From a bacterium (GTDB lineage Bacteria; JAAXHH01): a stretch of 64,000 bases of DNA. Under the pieces are notes generated by a model, which saw only the letters and a program-made list of their open reading frames with translations, was not told the DNA's origin and ran no database searches. The stretch covers positions 129,693 through 193,692 of the forward strand of contig CBDEKM010000011.1 in NCBI GenBank assembly GCA_965240335.1, given 5' to 3'. The translations under genes and the position numbers were made by a program. Positions 30,159 through 41,518 of the stretch are shown piece by piece; the first letter of the stretch is position 1, and each line of letters starts with the position of its first letter.

Positions 30159-31616
30159 ATGAAATACGAAGCGGTAATCGGGCTGGAAGTACACGCCCAG
30201 CTCCTGACGAACTCGAAGATCTTCTGCGGATGCGCCGTGGCTTTCGGCGGCGAACCGAACACCCGCGTGTGCCCCATCTGCCTGGGCATGCCCGGCGTGC
30301 TGCCCGTCCTGAACCGTCGAGCCGTAGAATACACCATCCGCATGGCCCTGGCCGTGGAAGGCCAGGTGGCCGAAACCAGCGCCTTCGCCCGCAAGAATTA
30401 CTTTTATCCGGATCTGCCCAAGGGTTACCAGATCTCGCAGTACGACCGGGCGGGCGAACCCATCTCCCTGTACGGCGGCGTTGAAATCGAGGGCGAAGAC
30501 GGTCCCCGTTTCATCCGGCTTCGGCGCATCCACCTGGAAGAAGAAGCGGGCAAGTCCATCCACAACGAACCCGGGTACGATCCCGATCTGAGTTACATCG
30601 ACTTCAACCGCACGGGCGTGCCGCTCATGGAGATCGTCAGCGAGCCGGACCTTCGCAGCCCCCGCGAAGCCTCGGCCTACCTCGCCCGACTGCGGCAGAT
30701 CCTGCAGTACATCGGAGTCTGCGACGGCAACATGGACGAGGGCAGTATGCGCTGCGACGCCAACGTGTCCATCCGCAAACCCGGAGATCCCCTCGGCGAA
30801 CTAGTCGAGATCAAGAACATGAACTCCATGCGGTCCATGGAACGTGCGTTGGAATTCGAGATTGACCGGCAGACCGAACTGCTCGACGACGGGGGAACCG
30901 TCGTGCGCCAGACCCGCCTCTGGAACGAGGAAGAACGCGAAACCTTTCCCATGCGGTCGAAGGAGGAAGCCTCAGACTACCGGTACTTTCCCGATCCCGA
31001 CCTTGTCACCGTCGAGATCGCCCGCTCCTGGGTGGACGGGATCGGCGAAGACCTGCCCGAACTCCCCGATGTGCGTATGCAGCGATTCGTCGACGATTAC
31101 AATCTGCCGCAGGACATGGCGCGGCAACTGACCGAAAACCGGACCCGCGCAGACTACTTCGAGGCCTGTGCCGGCCAGTTTCCCGGCGAGGCGCGCACCG
31201 TCTGCAATTGGATGCTCAGCGAATTGTTACGCGTCCAGCACGAGGGTCACATGGACCAGCAGATCCTGGAGACCCGCATCCCGCCCGACCACCTCGCCCA
31301 ACTTCTCGGAGAGATAAAGGAGGGCAAGATCAGCGGTAAGATCGGCAAGGACGTCCTCGACATCATGGCTGAATCCGGCAAGGCGTCGGCCGCGGTCATC
31401 GAGGAACAGGGCCTCGTGCAGATCTCGGACACCGGCGAACTCGATGGGATCGTAGACGGCATCATGGCCGAACATCCCGGCGACGTGGCCGACTACAGGG
31501 CCGGCAAGTCCAAGATCCTGGGTTTCTTCATGGGTCAGGTCATGAAAGCGACCCAGGGCAAGGCGAATCCGAAGATGGTGAACGAGTTGTTGCGGAAGAA
31601 GCTGGCGGAAGGTTGA
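30159..31616 (+). CDS. gatB: Glu-tRNA(Gln)/Asp-tRNA(Asn) amidotransferase subunit B
   Basis: 485 aa beginning [15 protein letters not shown]…, with a C-terminal GatB/YqeY domain; intact. Confidence 0.9.
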   Translation: MKYEAVIGLEVHAQLLTNSKIFCGCAVAFGGEPNTRVCPICLGMPGVLPVLNRRAVEYTIRMALAVEGQVAETSAFARKNYFYPDLPKGYQISQYDRAGEPISLYGGVEIEGEDGPRFIRLRRIHLEEEAGKSIHNEPGYDPDLSYIDFNRTGVPLMEIVSEPDLRSPREASAYLARLRQILQYIGVCDGNMDEGSMRCDANVSIRKPGDPLGELVEIKNMNSMRSMERALEFEIDRQTELLDDGGTVVRQTRLWNEEERETFPMRSKEEASDYRYFPDPDLVTVEIARSWVDGIGEDLPELPDVRMQRFVDDYNLPQDMARQLTENRTRADYFEACAGQFPGEARTVCNWMLSELLRVQHEGHMDQQILETRIPPDHLAQLLGEIKEGKISGKIGKDVLDIMAESGKASAAVIEEQGLVQISDTGELDGIVDGIMAEHPGDVADYRAGKSKILGFFMGQVMKATQGKANPKMVNELLRKKLAEG

Positions 31617-31698
31617 GGAGGTTCTGAGGACTGAACAAGCGATGACAGGGATGCAGGATAACCAGGCAGCACCGCGCATAGATTGCGAGTCGCTGTAG

Positions 31699-31941
31699 TC
31701 AACCGGAATTTGTTGCCGTTAGCAAACCCTCAACACGGCCGAGGCGCCCGTTCATATCGTGCATTTCTTCCCGGATGGATGTAACTTCCTTACGAACAGA
31801 CATTATCTCTTCCTTCAAATCCCTTATATCTGACGTTAACTCCAGCTTCAGTTCGTTCCTGCCGATTTTGGCCTGTTTCCAGAAGAAGATGAAGGCCGTC
31901 AGCAGAGTGCCTGGCGTAATGAGAAGCTGTGCGATCTCCAT
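31699..31941 (-). CDS. Small membrane / coiled-coil hypothetical protein
   Basis: About 80 aa (MEIAQLLITPGTLLTAFIFFWKQ… then a coiled coil). It sits at the drop in GC that marks the left edge of the accessory island. Confidence 0.3.
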   Translation of the reverse strand: MEIAQLLITPGTLLTAFIFFWKQAKIGRNELKLELTSDIRDLKEEIMSVRKEVTSIREEMHDMNGRLGRVEGLLTATNSG

Positions 31942-32061
31942 AGTTTTGCTCCTTCGACGAGATATTACGAGCATCCTCATGATACGCTATTTCAAATTGA
32001 GACTCAACGTTTTTTCGCGTCAACGGTTTTCCTGAGATGCAGATGGAATGGTAGATTCGCG

Positions 32062-33264
32062 TTACGGCCACAACTCATCGGTGTCCAGCAGGTTGGAGAA
32101 GTGTTGAAACGGCAGGATCTCGATATTGTCATGGCTGCGAAGTTCGGGACCTTCGGGATAGACCACTATCCGCCGGCAAAGGCCGTCCAGACCTGACACC
32201 GCTCTCAACCCTCGGCACCAGGATTCCGTAAATGTACCCCCGGACTTGACCTCGACAGCAACAAACTCTCCCGCTCGTTCGAGCAGGAAATCCACTTCGG
32301 TCCGATTCTGTGCGGCCGTAGCCCAGTAGTAGCATGTGTCGCATAGATCGCGATAGTCCATGTAGGATCGAATCATTTGCGCGACCAGCCCTTCGAACAA
32401 GGCGCCGCGTTCCTCCGGTGCAGGCATTCCTTTGAGTTTCTTCATCCCACGGACGATGCCCGGATCGCACCAGTACCACTTGGGCAGTTTGCGTTCCCGC
32501 ACGCGCAATCTGGCCTCATAGGCCGGTAATCGAAAGCACAGCAGGGTCTCTTCCAGAATTTCCAGATAACCTGTTACAGTCGATCGTGACACCTGGGCGT
32601 CTCGGGCGATGTTGTTGGCATTTAATACCTGGCCATGGAAAAGTGCCGAGACGGGTAGAAATCGCGCGAAACCGGGGAGGTTGCGCACCAATGCTTCGGA
32701 TTGTATTTCCTCCCTGAGATACATCTGCGTATAGGCGGTGAGTGTATCCGACCTGTCCTCCGAATCCCACACTATGGGCAGTAAGCCGTATTGCAGCGCG
32801 TCGTCGAGCACGAAACGGTCTCCAAGTTCCCCTGGAACAAAGGGGTGCATAGATCGATGCAACGCCCTTCCCGCAAGAAGGTTGACGCCCGCCCGTTTGA
32901 GTTTCCTCGCGCTTGATCCGCACAGGACGAACCGCATCTTTCGCTCTTCGATAAATCGATGCACTTCATTGAGCAGGGTTGGCAACCTTTGAATTTCATC
33001 CAACACTACCCAACGTTTTTCCGGAATAGCACGCAGTTCCGCGGCCAGGTGCCCTGGATTCGCGAGCAGGCGGTGGTATGTTTCCTCCGAGAGCAGATCG
33101 ACAACGTGCGCATCAGGAAACGTCTCACGCAGAAAAGTGCTTTTACCCACTCCGCGAGGTCCCAGAAGGAAGAAACTGCTCTTTGGTGCTCCAAGTATCC
33201 TGGATATGGTCATTTGTATACCTTGTCGACATATTTCATATCTATTTGACGGTAATATAGACAT
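32062..33264 (-). CDS. AAA-family ATPase with DUF4143 C-terminal domain (AAA_14/DUF4143)
   Basis: 400 aa with Walker A LLGPRGVGKST and Walker B VVLDEIQ. Lower-GC region. Confidence 0.7.
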   Translation of the reverse strand: MSILPSNRYEICRQGIQMTISRILGAPKSSFFLLGPRGVGKSTFLRETFPDAHVVDLLSEETYHRLLANPGHLAAELRAIPEKRWVVLDEIQRLPTLLNEVHRFIEERKMRFVLCGSSARKLKRAGVNLLAGRALHRSMHPFVPGELGDRFVLDDALQYGLLPIVWDSEDRSDTLTAYTQMYLREEIQSEALVRNLPGFARFLPVSALFHGQVLNANNIARDAQVSRSTVTGYLEILEETLLCFRLPAYEARLRVRERKLPKWYWCDPGIVRGMKKLKGMPAPEERGALFEGLVAQMIRSYMDYRDLCDTCYYWATAAQNRTEVDFLLERAGEFVAVEVKSGGTFTESWCRGLRAVSGLDGLCRRIVVYPEGPELRSHDNIEILPFQHFSNLLDTDELWP

Positions 33265-33718
33265 AATTCACAGTTTGTCAAGTTGTCGAAGGAGTTTTTA
33301 TGTCGCGTTGAAGTGTATTTATGGTGCGTAGGAGCGTATCGATAGGTATTGCGTGATTGAGGACGGAAGGGCTAAGGCCTGATATATGGCGACAGGATTC
33401 GATGCGTCGATTTCCGCTGGTCATGATAGACGGCAAGCGGACAACATATCTCTGGCGGACAACAGATCTCTAAGGTTGACCCTGCTTGGCGGACATGTAT
33501 CTTCTTGGTCTTAAGGAAGCTGTCATGCCCAGAATTCAAACGCCATTTCTGCCAGCCTTCCGCCATCAATAGATCAACTTGTTCTTTGTGGTCGCAATGC
33601 CGAAACTCCGGCCGGATTGTTGCGCTCCAGATTTGGCCGAGGTCTGACCGTAGATCGCATCCCGTCCCGTCCTATCCGGTTTTCCGTCCTGGCTTCACCG
33701 AACTCTGTCGAGGATACC

Positions 33719-34504
33719 ATGACTCCCAAACAAGCACTTGAAAAACGCCAACAGCTTATGCACGACGGCTTCTGCGTTGTCGACGATATCCTCGGCAATG
33801 ACTTCCTTCAAGAGATGCGCCACGAAACCGAGCGCATGATGGAGAACTGGGTGCCACCGCCCGATGTCAAGTATCAGGGCCAGCACGTCACCGCACAGGG
33901 GGACGAAAACCGGACCATCCAGAAGCTGCTCGACTGGCCCGCCACGCGCCGCACCCTCGAACAGATGGGTCTGGGTGATTTTGCCAGCACCGGCGGTGTC
34001 ATCCTACTTACCAAAGACCCCGGTGAACCAGCCCTGTACTGGCACCAGGACTGGATGCAGTGGAACGATCCCCTGAGTTGCTCTCCGTGGCCGCAGATCA
34101 TTTTCGTATCCTACTACTTGAGCGATACATCGCGGGAGAACGGATGTCTTAAAATCATCCCCGGCACCCACCTTAAACGCATCCCTCTGCACGACGAGAT
34201 GGTGCCGGCGCACGAACAGGGAGCCCGCTTCATTGCCGAAGACCATCCCACCATGTTCAGCGACCACCCCGATCAGGTTGAGGTCTGCGTCAAGGCCGGT
34301 GACCTCGTACTGGCCGACGCCCGCGTACTGCACTCGGCGCACCGTAACCTGACTGACGAGCGCCGCACCCTGGTGCTGGCCTGGCACAGACGCCCCGATA
34401 CCGTGCCCGCCTATTGGACCGATCCAGTGCCGGCCATCATCTCTGAGCGCAACACGGATTCGGAATATCCCGGTTCTCGCATCCCGGGTGAACTCTTGCG
34501 GTAG
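33719..34504 (+). CDS. Phytanoyl-CoA dioxygenase (PhyH) family protein
   Basis: 261 aa beginning MTPKQALEKRQQLMHDGFCVV…, a typical PhyH N-terminus. Confidence 0.7.
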   Translation: MTPKQALEKRQQLMHDGFCVVDDILGNDFLQEMRHETERMMENWVPPPDVKYQGQHVTAQGDENRTIQKLLDWPATRRTLEQMGLGDFASTGGVILLTKDPGEPALYWHQDWMQWNDPLSCSPWPQIIFVSYYLSDTSRENGCLKIIPGTHLKRIPLHDEMVPAHEQGARFIAEDHPTMFSDHPDQVEVCVKAGDLVLADARVLHSAHRNLTDERRTLVLAWHRRPDTVPAYWTDPVPAIISERNTDSEYPGSRIPGELLR

Positions 34505-34615
34505 CAGATGGAGGGATTTTTAGCCTGTGCGACATGTTAGTCGGTGCTAGCGGGTTGCTAATCACAGAAGTTTGGTTCCCAATATTAAACCAGTATCTAA
34601 TGGTGATAGGACAGG

Positions 34616-36601
34616 ATGAATACAAAATCAGATAACATCGATCTCAACTGGATCACTAACTACATCTGGGGAATTGCAGACGATGTCCTGCGTGACCTCT
34701 ACGTCCGCGGAAAATACCGTGACGTTATACTCCCGATGACCGTCCTCCGCCGACTGGACGCGGTGTTGGAAGACACCAAGGATGAGGTATTAAATACCAA
34801 GTCTATTCTTGATGATGCCGGCGTGGTGGATCAGAGATTTGCGCTTCGTCAGGCAGCGGGACAGGCATTCTTCAATACCTCGAAGTTCACGTTGCGTGAT
34901 CTAAAATCACGCGCCAATCGTCAGCAACTTACAGCCGACTTCAATGCCTACCTGGACGGGTTCTCTCCCAACGTCCAGGAAATTCTAGAAAACTTCGAGT
35001 TCCGCAACCAGATTCCACGGCTGTCACGTGCCGACGCCCTGGGCACTTTGATTGAGAAACTCACCTCCTCCGAGATCAACTTGAGTCCTGATCCCGTTAT
35101 GAACGCCGACTGTACGGTCCGGCGTCCGGGTCTGGATAACCATGGCATGGGCACTGTTTTCGAAGAACTCATCCGGCGTTTCAACGAGGAGAACAACGAG
35201 GAGGCGGGAGAACACTGGACGCCACGTGACGCCGTGAAACTCATGGCAAAGCTGGTTTTTCTGCCTATCGCGGATCAGATCAAGTCCGGTACTTATTTGC
35301 TCTACGATGGTGCCTGCGGTACCGGCGGCATGCTGACTGTGGCCGAGGACACCTTGAGGCAAATGGCCGAAGAACAAGGCAAGCAAGTTTCCACCCACTT
35401 GTACGGTCAGGAGATCAACGCTGAAACCTACGCCATCTGCAAGGCGGACCTGCTGCTGAAAGGCGAGGGCGATGCCGCCGACAACATCGTAGGCGGCCCT
35501 GAGCACTCCACGCTCTCTAACGACGCCTTCCCGTCCCGCGAATTCGATTTTATGCTTTCGAATCCGCCATATGGAAAAAGTTGGAAATCCGATCTGGACC
35601 GCATGGGCGGAAAGAAGGACATGCGGGATCCGCGCTTCATGATTGAGCACGACGGCGATCCGGAGTATTCCCTGGTTACCCGGTCCAGCGACGGCCAGAT
35701 GCTCTTCCTCGCCAACAAGCTATCCAAGATGAAGCAGGACACGGAACTAGGGAGCCGAATCGCCGAAGTTCACAACGGCAGTTCGCTTTTTACTGGTGAC
35801 GCCGGACAGGGCGAGAGCAATATCCGACGTTGGATGATCGAAAACGACTGGTTGGAAGCAATCGTCGCCCTGCCGCTAAATATGTTCTATAACACTGGTA
35901 TCGCAACCTACGTTTGGATCCTCACGAACCGAAAACCGGACCACCGCCGAGGCAAGGTACAGTTGATCGACGCGACCAAATGGTTTCAGCCGCTGCGCAA
36001 GAACCTTGGAAACAAAAACTGTGAACTTGGGGAAAAAGACATCATCCGTATCTGCGATACTTTCAAAGCATTCGAAGATACCGGGGAAAGCAAGGTCTTT
36101 GACAATGCCGCTCTCGGGTACTGGAAGGTGACGGTGGACCGTCCCCTGCGCGTCGCCGGAGCTGATCCGCACCGTTCGTACAAAGCCGCCGAAATAAAGG
36201 GATTTAGAGAAAACGGCGATCGAAGCGAAGATGGGATCCCAATCATACGGAAGATACACAAGAAGGGAACTGAATCCGACCCTCTGCGAGGATTATTTGA
36301 AGTAGAGATGGATGGCAGACCAACTGTTGTTGAATACGAGCCGGATTCCGACTTGCGGGACACCGAACAGATCCCGTTGCTGGAACAGGGGGGTGTCGAG
36401 GCGTTCATCCGACGGGAAGTTCTGCCATACGCGACCGATGCGTGGTATCAACCTGATAGTGTACGAATCGGTTACGAGATCAGTTTTACCCGTTACTTCT
36501 ACAAACCGAAACCTATGCGATCGTTGGTAGAGATCAGGAAGGATATATCGGCTTTGGAGAAGGAGACGGAGGGGTTGTTGGACGAGATTATCGGAGAATA
36601 A
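34616..36601 (+). CDS. hsdM: Type I restriction-modification system DNA methyltransferase subunit (N6-adenine)
   Basis: 661 aa with an HsdM N-terminal domain, SAM motif YDGACGTGGML and catalytic NPPYG (FMLSNPPYGKSWK). Confidence 0.85.
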   Translation: MNTKSDNIDLNWITNYIWGIADDVLRDLYVRGKYRDVILPMTVLRRLDAVLEDTKDEVLNTKSILDDAGVVDQRFALRQAAGQAFFNTSKFTLRDLKSRANRQQLTADFNAYLDGFSPNVQEILENFEFRNQIPRLSRADALGTLIEKLTSSEINLSPDPVMNADCTVRRPGLDNHGMGTVFEELIRRFNEENNEEAGEHWTPRDAVKLMAKLVFLPIADQIKSGTYLLYDGACGTGGMLTVAEDTLRQMAEEQGKQVSTHLYGQEINAETYAICKADLLLKGEGDAADNIVGGPEHSTLSNDAFPSREFDFMLSNPPYGKSWKSDLDRMGGKKDMRDPRFMIEHDGDPEYSLVTRSSDGQMLFLANKLSKMKQDTELGSRIAEVHNGSSLFTGDAGQGESNIRRWMIENDWLEAIVALPLNMFYNTGIATYVWILTNRKPDHRRGKVQLIDATKWFQPLRKNLGNKNCELGEKDIIRICDTFKAFEDTGESKVFDNAALGYWKVTVDRPLRVAGADPHRSYKAAEIKGFRENGDRSEDGIPIIRKIHKKGTESDPLRGLFEVEMDGRPTVVEYEPDSDLRDTEQIPLLEQGGVEAFIRREVLPYATDAWYQPDSVRIGYEISFTRYFYKPKPMRSLVEIRKDISALEKETEGLLDEIIGE

Positions 36602-36604
36602 AAC

Positions 36605-38536
36605 ATGAAAGCTACAGAAGCCGGACTACTAGGATTCCTCAGGAATTCACCACAGTTTTTAATTCCAATCTATCAACGGACCTACAGCTGGTCGGAACGA
36701 GAATGCCGGCAGCTATGGGATGATATACTTCGTACGGGTAAAAACAAAGACATACACGCTCACTTTATGGGATCTTTTGTCTACATAGAAGGAGGGGATT
36801 ACCAAGTTTCCACACCTTCATCTCTCCTTGTCATTGATGGACAACAACGTCTGACCACCGTAATGCTTATCCTGGAAGCGTTAGCCCGACGGTTGGGTGA
36901 TGATGAACCCATAAACGGGTTCTCTGCAAAGAAGCTACGTAGTTACTATCTCCTAAATCCACTTGAGGAGGGTGAAGATAGATTCAAACTCCTGCTAACA
37001 CAGACCGACAAACCCAGCTTGCTTGCCTTGATGCAACAGAAACCATTGCCTGCGGAAATGTCGTTTCGGATTGAGCAAAACTTCACATTTTTTGAAAAAC
37101 AGATCAGTTACCTTGGAAGCGATCTGGAATCTCTCTGCAATGGTTTGGCAAAACTCACAGTCGTGGATATTTCACTTAACCGTAGTCAAGACAACCCTCA
37201 ATTGATCTTTGAGAGTATGAATTCCACTGGTCGTGAGCTGAGCCAAGCTGATTTAATCAGAAACTTCGTACTCATGGGGTTGGAACCGTCACATCAGGCC
37301 GAACTGTATAAGGAGCACTGGCGACCGATTGAAGTTACCTTCGGACAGGACGCCTATGGCGATTACTTTGACGACTTCATGCGTCACTACCTTACGTACA
37401 AGTCAAATGGTGAAATCCCAAAAATAAGGGCGGTGTACGAGGCTTTCAAAACTCACGCGAAAAAACCGGAGATAGTTGCAGCTGGTATTGATGATCTCGT
37501 TGTTGATATACACACTTTTGCCGACTACTACTGTGCTATGGCATTTGGAAGAGAAATAGACAAGGACTTGGCACACGCGTTTGGGGATCTTCGAGAACTC
37601 AAAGTAGATGTAGCTTTTCCGCTACTTCTGGAACTATATCACGACTACAAACAAGGAATACTTTTAAAAGATGAGTTCGTCGAAGTGCTAAGGATGATAG
37701 AAACCTACGTATTCCGACGGGCTGTATGTGCCATTCCCACCAACTCTCTCAACAGGACATTTGCGACATTTGGACAGGCAATTGAAAAGGACCGTTATAT
37801 CGAAACTGTAAAGGTACAATTCCTACGTCTGCGCTCTTACCGGAGGTTTCCTCACGACGAGGAGTTCAAGCTTGATCTAACAAATCGTGATCTTTACAAC
37901 TTTCAACGGCGTAGCTATTGGTTACGTCGCATAGAAAACCATGGCCGTAAGGAACGAGTTCCTTTGGATGAATACACAATCGAACACATAATGCCTCAAA
38001 ATGAGAACCTTTCCAATGAATGGAAAAAAGCACTTGGACTAGAATGGCAAAGGATTCAGGAAACCCTGGTGCATACTCTCGGTAATCTTACACTTACCGG
38101 CTATAATCCTGAGTACGGCGACCGTTCCTTCTCCTATAAACGTGATATCCAAGGTGGGTTCAATGAAAGCCCGCTGCGACTAAATAAGGGGCTTGGAGCA
38201 CTGGACGATTGGAATGAAAGCGCAATTCATAACCGGGCGGATCAACTTGCGGAAATGGCAGTTGGGGTCTGGGTAGTACCCGAAGTCGACATCGACCTCT
38301 TAGAAGTAATCGATGCAAAGGTTGAAACCAAAACGAATTACACCCTCGAGGATCACTCGCATCTCTTTCCAGATAGTCCCATCCGACCTTTGTTTGATGA
38401 GCTCAGAAATGAAGTACTGTCTCTGGATCCTTGTGTTAGTGAAGAATTCTTGAAGCTTTATGTAGCGTACAAAGCTGAGACCAATTTTGTGGACGTAATA
38501 CCTCAGAAGAAGCGCTTGCGACTAACTCTCAACTGA
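36605..38536 (+). CDS. GmrSD-like type IV restriction protein (DUF262 ParB-like NTPase + DUF1524 His-Me finger nuclease), C-terminus cut by IS insertion
   Basis: DUF262 signatures IPIYQRTYSW and DGQQRLTT. DUF1524 signatures EHIMPQ…HTLGNLTLT. The stop codon TGA is the first three bases of the IS (TGATGTT…). Confidence 0.75.
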   Translation: MKATEAGLLGFLRNSPQFLIPIYQRTYSWSERECRQLWDDILRTGKNKDIHAHFMGSFVYIEGGDYQVSTPSSLLVIDGQQRLTTVMLILEALARRLGDDEPINGFSAKKLRSYYLLNPLEEGEDRFKLLLTQTDKPSLLALMQQKPLPAEMSFRIEQNFTFFEKQISYLGSDLESLCNGLAKLTVVDISLNRSQDNPQLIFESMNSTGRELSQADLIRNFVLMGLEPSHQAELYKEHWRPIEVTFGQDAYGDYFDDFMRHYLTYKSNGEIPKIRAVYEAFKTHAKKPEIVAAGIDDLVVDIHTFADYYCAMAFGREIDKDLAHAFGDLRELKVDVAFPLLLELYHDYKQGILLKDEFVEVLRMIETYVFRRAVCAIPTNSLNRTFATFGQAIEKDRYIETVKVQFLRLRSYRRFPHDEEFKLDLTNRDLYNFQRRSYWLRRIENHGRKERVPLDEYTIEHIMPQNENLSNEWKKALGLEWQRIQETLVHTLGNLTLTGYNPEYGDRSFSYKRDIQGGFNESPLRLNKGLGALDDWNESAIHNRADQLAEMAVGVWVVPEVDIDLLEVIDAKVETKTNYTLEDHSHLFPDSPIRPLFDELRNEVLSLDPCVSEEFLKLYVAYKAETNFVDVIPQKKRLRLTLN

Positions 38537-38574
38537 TGTTACCCCGTTTTCGTGGACAGTTTACGGTTTAGGAT

Positions 38575-39339
38575 TCAGGCTGTTTTCTTGAACTTCCTTT
38601 CGAAGTTTATGGGTGATAGATATCCGAGGGAAGAGTGTCTTCTCTGGGTGTTGTAGAAGCCCTCGATGTATTCGAACAGGGCGAGTCTGGCCTCGGCCTT
38701 TGTGGCAAAACGCCTGCGATCAAGCAGTTCGCATTCCAGACTGGCGAAGAAGCTCTCGCACAGGGCGTTGTCGTAACAGTCGCCGACCGAACCCATAGAC
38801 GGTCTTACGCCAGCCTGTCTGCATCGTTTGCCGAAGGCCACGGAGGTGTATTGGGACCCCTGGTCGCTGTGGTGGATCACCTCATCAGGTCTGCGCTGGC
38901 AAAGGGCCATGTCGAGGGCGTCTTTGACCAACTCGCTTCGCAGATGGTTGGCCATGGACCAGCCGACCACGCGGCGACTGAAGGCGTCTATCACCACAGA
39001 GAGATAGAGGAAGCCCGCATGGGTCGGCACGTAGGTGATATCGGCTACCCACAACCTGTCCCTGGACGGAGCGGTGAAGTCCCGGTTGACCAGATCCGGT
39101 GCCTTCCTGCCCTCTTCGGATCGCCTTGTAGTGCGCACGGCTCTGCGGCGTGATACCCCGCTGATAGCGGCCATGCGCATCAGGCGGGCGACGCGTTTGA
39201 GTCCTACGCGTATGCCCAACTCGCAAAGTTCCGCATGGATGCGCGGCGCGCCGTAGGTACCGTGGGAGCATTGATGGATCGAGTTCATACGATTCAGCAG
39301 CATGGCATCGTCTCTGGCCCTTTTAGAGGCGGGCCGCAT
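38575..39339 (-). CDS. IS3-family transposase OrfB (DDE/rve integrase core)
   Basis: 254 aa in the track. The frame stays open upstream to overlap orfA in the -1 frame. rve motifs include …HSDQGSQYTS…. Confidence 0.85.
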   Translation of the reverse strand: MRPASKRARDDAMLLNRMNSIHQCSHGTYGAPRIHAELCELGIRVGLKRVARLMRMAAISGVSRRRAVRTTRRSEEGRKAPDLVNRDFTAPSRDRLWVADITYVPTHAGFLYLSVVIDAFSRRVVGWSMANHLRSELVKDALDMALCQRRPDEVIHHSDQGSQYTSVAFGKRCRQAGVRPSMGSVGDCYDNALCESFFASLECELLDRRRFATKAEARLALFEYIEGFYNTQRRHSSLGYLSPINFERKFKKTA

Positions 39340-39419
39340 CAGCCAGCCATAGTAGCCGCTGGGGGAGACTTCCAGCAGGCCGCAGAGCCGGCGAACGGGA
39401 TAGGAGGCCTGGTGCGCCT

Positions 39420-39731
39420 TTATGAACGAGAAGACTCGGGCAGCGTCTCGGTCTCCCGGGCGAACCAGGCCGCGGCTTTTGCCAGGATCTCCCGTTCCAT
39501 CTTGAGCTGCTTGTTCTCACGGCGCAGACGACGCAGTTCGGTCCGTTCTTCGGTGGTCAGGCCGTCTTCCCGCCTGCCCTTGTCCAGGTCATCCTGTTTG
39601 ACCCAGTTGCGGATGGCTTGTGCGGTGGGTTCGAACTCCTTGGACAGGGCTTCGGGACTGCGGCCGGAACGAACGAGGTCGACCATCTGCTGGCGAAAGG
39701 CCGCTGGATATCGAGCATGGGATCTGGGCAT
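39420..39731 (-). CDS. IS3-family transposase OrfA (HTH, Transposase_8)
   Basis: 103 aa with a helix-turn-helix and leucine zipper. A GCAAAAG-type candidate slippery site lies near the 3' end. Confidence 0.8.
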   Translation of the reverse strand: MPRSHARYPAAFRQQMVDLVRSGRSPEALSKEFEPTAQAIRNWVKQDDLDKGRREDGLTTEERTELRRLRRENKQLKMEREILAKAAAWFARETETLPESSRS

Positions 39732-39786
39732 GTGACGCTCCTTTCAACACAAGAGATAACATGTCCGCTAAACCGGGTCAACTCCA

Positions 39787-41354
39787 TTACCGCCACCCCC
39801 AAGAACAAAACGCTGGAGATCTTCGGCGATCCGGAGCCGCAGCCAGACGGAACCGTCCGACACAGGGCCTTCCACAGCTACACCATGAAGCAGGCGATCC
39901 AGGAGGGTTTCATCCTGGACGTGCTCGCGCATTATACGCCAGTAGAAAGCTATTACAAGCTTGCCAAGACGGTAGAGGATGACCCGAAATTTGACACGAA
40001 TAAGGCCCAGAAGAAGTTGCGGCGCTACGTGGAAGGCAGCGACCACGCGATACGCCTCAAAGCAGAGATCATGGTGGACCACTTCCACGAACAGGTGCTG
40101 GCTCAGAATAAGATCGGTGGTCAGGCACGGGCTATGGTCGTCACAAATGGCATCGAACGGGCGATCCAGTACTATCACGCAATCCGTGACTACCTTAAGG
40201 AGCGCAAGAGCGCGTGCCAAGCCCTTGTAGCCTTCTCCGGAGAATACGACTTCGGCGGGGAGAAGGTCAGCGAAGTATCGCTCAACGATTTACCTTCGGG
40301 CAAGATTGCTGAACGGTTCCGGGAAGATCCCTATCGCTTCCTTATCTGTGCGGACAAGTTCCAGACGGGCTATGATGAACCCCTGCTGCATACCATGTAC
40401 GTCGACAAGACGCTTGCAGGAATCAAAGCCGTGCAAACGCTTTCGCGCCTGAACCGCTCACATCCGAACAAACACGACGTGTTTGTGTTGGATTTCTTGA
40501 ACGAAACTGACATCATCCAGTACGCATTCACAGACTATTACCGTACCACGATCCTGTCCGAAGAAACCGACCCCAACAAACTTCACGATCTCCAGGCCGA
40601 CCTCGATAGCGCCCAGGTCTACTCTCAGGACCAGATCGACAACCTGGTACAGAAGTACCTGGCAAATGTGGATATGGATCAGCTTCTTCCCATCCTAGAC
40701 TGCTGCGTGGCTGAGTACCTGGAGAAACTCGATGAAGACGGTCAAGTGGACTTCAAGGGCAAGGCAAAGGCGTTCCTTCGAACCTATGCGTTCCTGTCGT
40801 CGATCCTTCCCTATAACAACCCAGAGTGGGAGAAGCGGTCGATCTTCCTGAACTTTCTCGTCTCGAAGTTGCCAGCCCCCGATGACGATGACCTATCAAA
40901 AGGTATCCTGGAAGCCATCGACCTGGACAGTTACCGGGTCGAGAAAAAGGCAATGCAGAAGATCATGCTGCCCGATGAAGACGCCGAGATCGGCCCTGTG
41001 CCCAGCAATGGCGGTGGCTCCCTACCGGATCCTGAAATGGATCTGTTGTCGAACATAGTAAGTGAATTCAACGAGCTTTTTGGCGACACTCAGTGGGAAG
41101 ACGAGGACCGCATCATTAAGCAGGTTTACAACATGATCCCCGCCCGTGTCGCCGAGGACACCGCTTTCAAAAACGCCCGTCAGAACTCCGACAAGCAAAA
41201 CGCCCGCATCGAGCACGACAAAGCATTGCTACGGGTAATGACTTCGATAATGAAAGACGACACCCAGTTGTTCAAAAAGTATTCAGACGACCCGCAGTTC
41301 AAGCGGTGGATGAATGATAAGGTGTTTGAGCTGAACTATGAGAGGGCGGGGTGA
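39787..41354 (+). pseudogene. hsdR: Type I restriction enzyme R subunit, 3' fragment only (starts at helicase motif III; nuclease domain and motifs I-II missing)
   Basis: Translation from the IS junction reads …ITATPKNKTLEIFG… (motif III) through …QTLSRLNR… (motif VI) and an HsdR C-terminal domain. The 55 N-terminal residues of track ORF 39618-41354 are IS read-through. Confidence 0.7.
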
Positions 41355-41518
41355 ACCAGTATTGTCAACTTGTGTTGCAGGACATTGTTAATCCGATTGT
41401 TAAGATCCTCGTAGTCAGCCATGGAATGTTAACATGCTGTATTTGCGGGTAGAAACAGGCTCGTGGTGGATTTGTATGGAAGAAACTAGGCTATAGACCG
41501 CCCAAAGGTAACACAAGA

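Larger units (their letters stand above)
38534..39786 (-). mobile_element. IS3-family insertion sequence, copy 1 (1253 bp, transposase on minus strand)
   Basis: Ends are TG…CA with imperfect inverted repeats (TGGAGTTGACCCGGTTT / TGATGTTACCCCGTTTT). It holds orfA and an overlapping -1-frame orfB, and is identical to the copy at 52803-54055. Confidence 0.85.

Noticed and set aside
31617-31700. tRNA or att site at the island boundaries (also 54475-54645)
   Set aside because: No cloverleaf-compatible sequence or flanking direct repeats were found. The boundary intervals are AT-rich spacer only.
39618-39786. N-terminal 55 aa of track ORF 39618-41354 (MCGGFELLGQ…) as the start of a protein
   Set aside because: This stretch lies inside the IS, antisense to orfA. 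It is read-through into the hsdR fragment, with no genuine start context.
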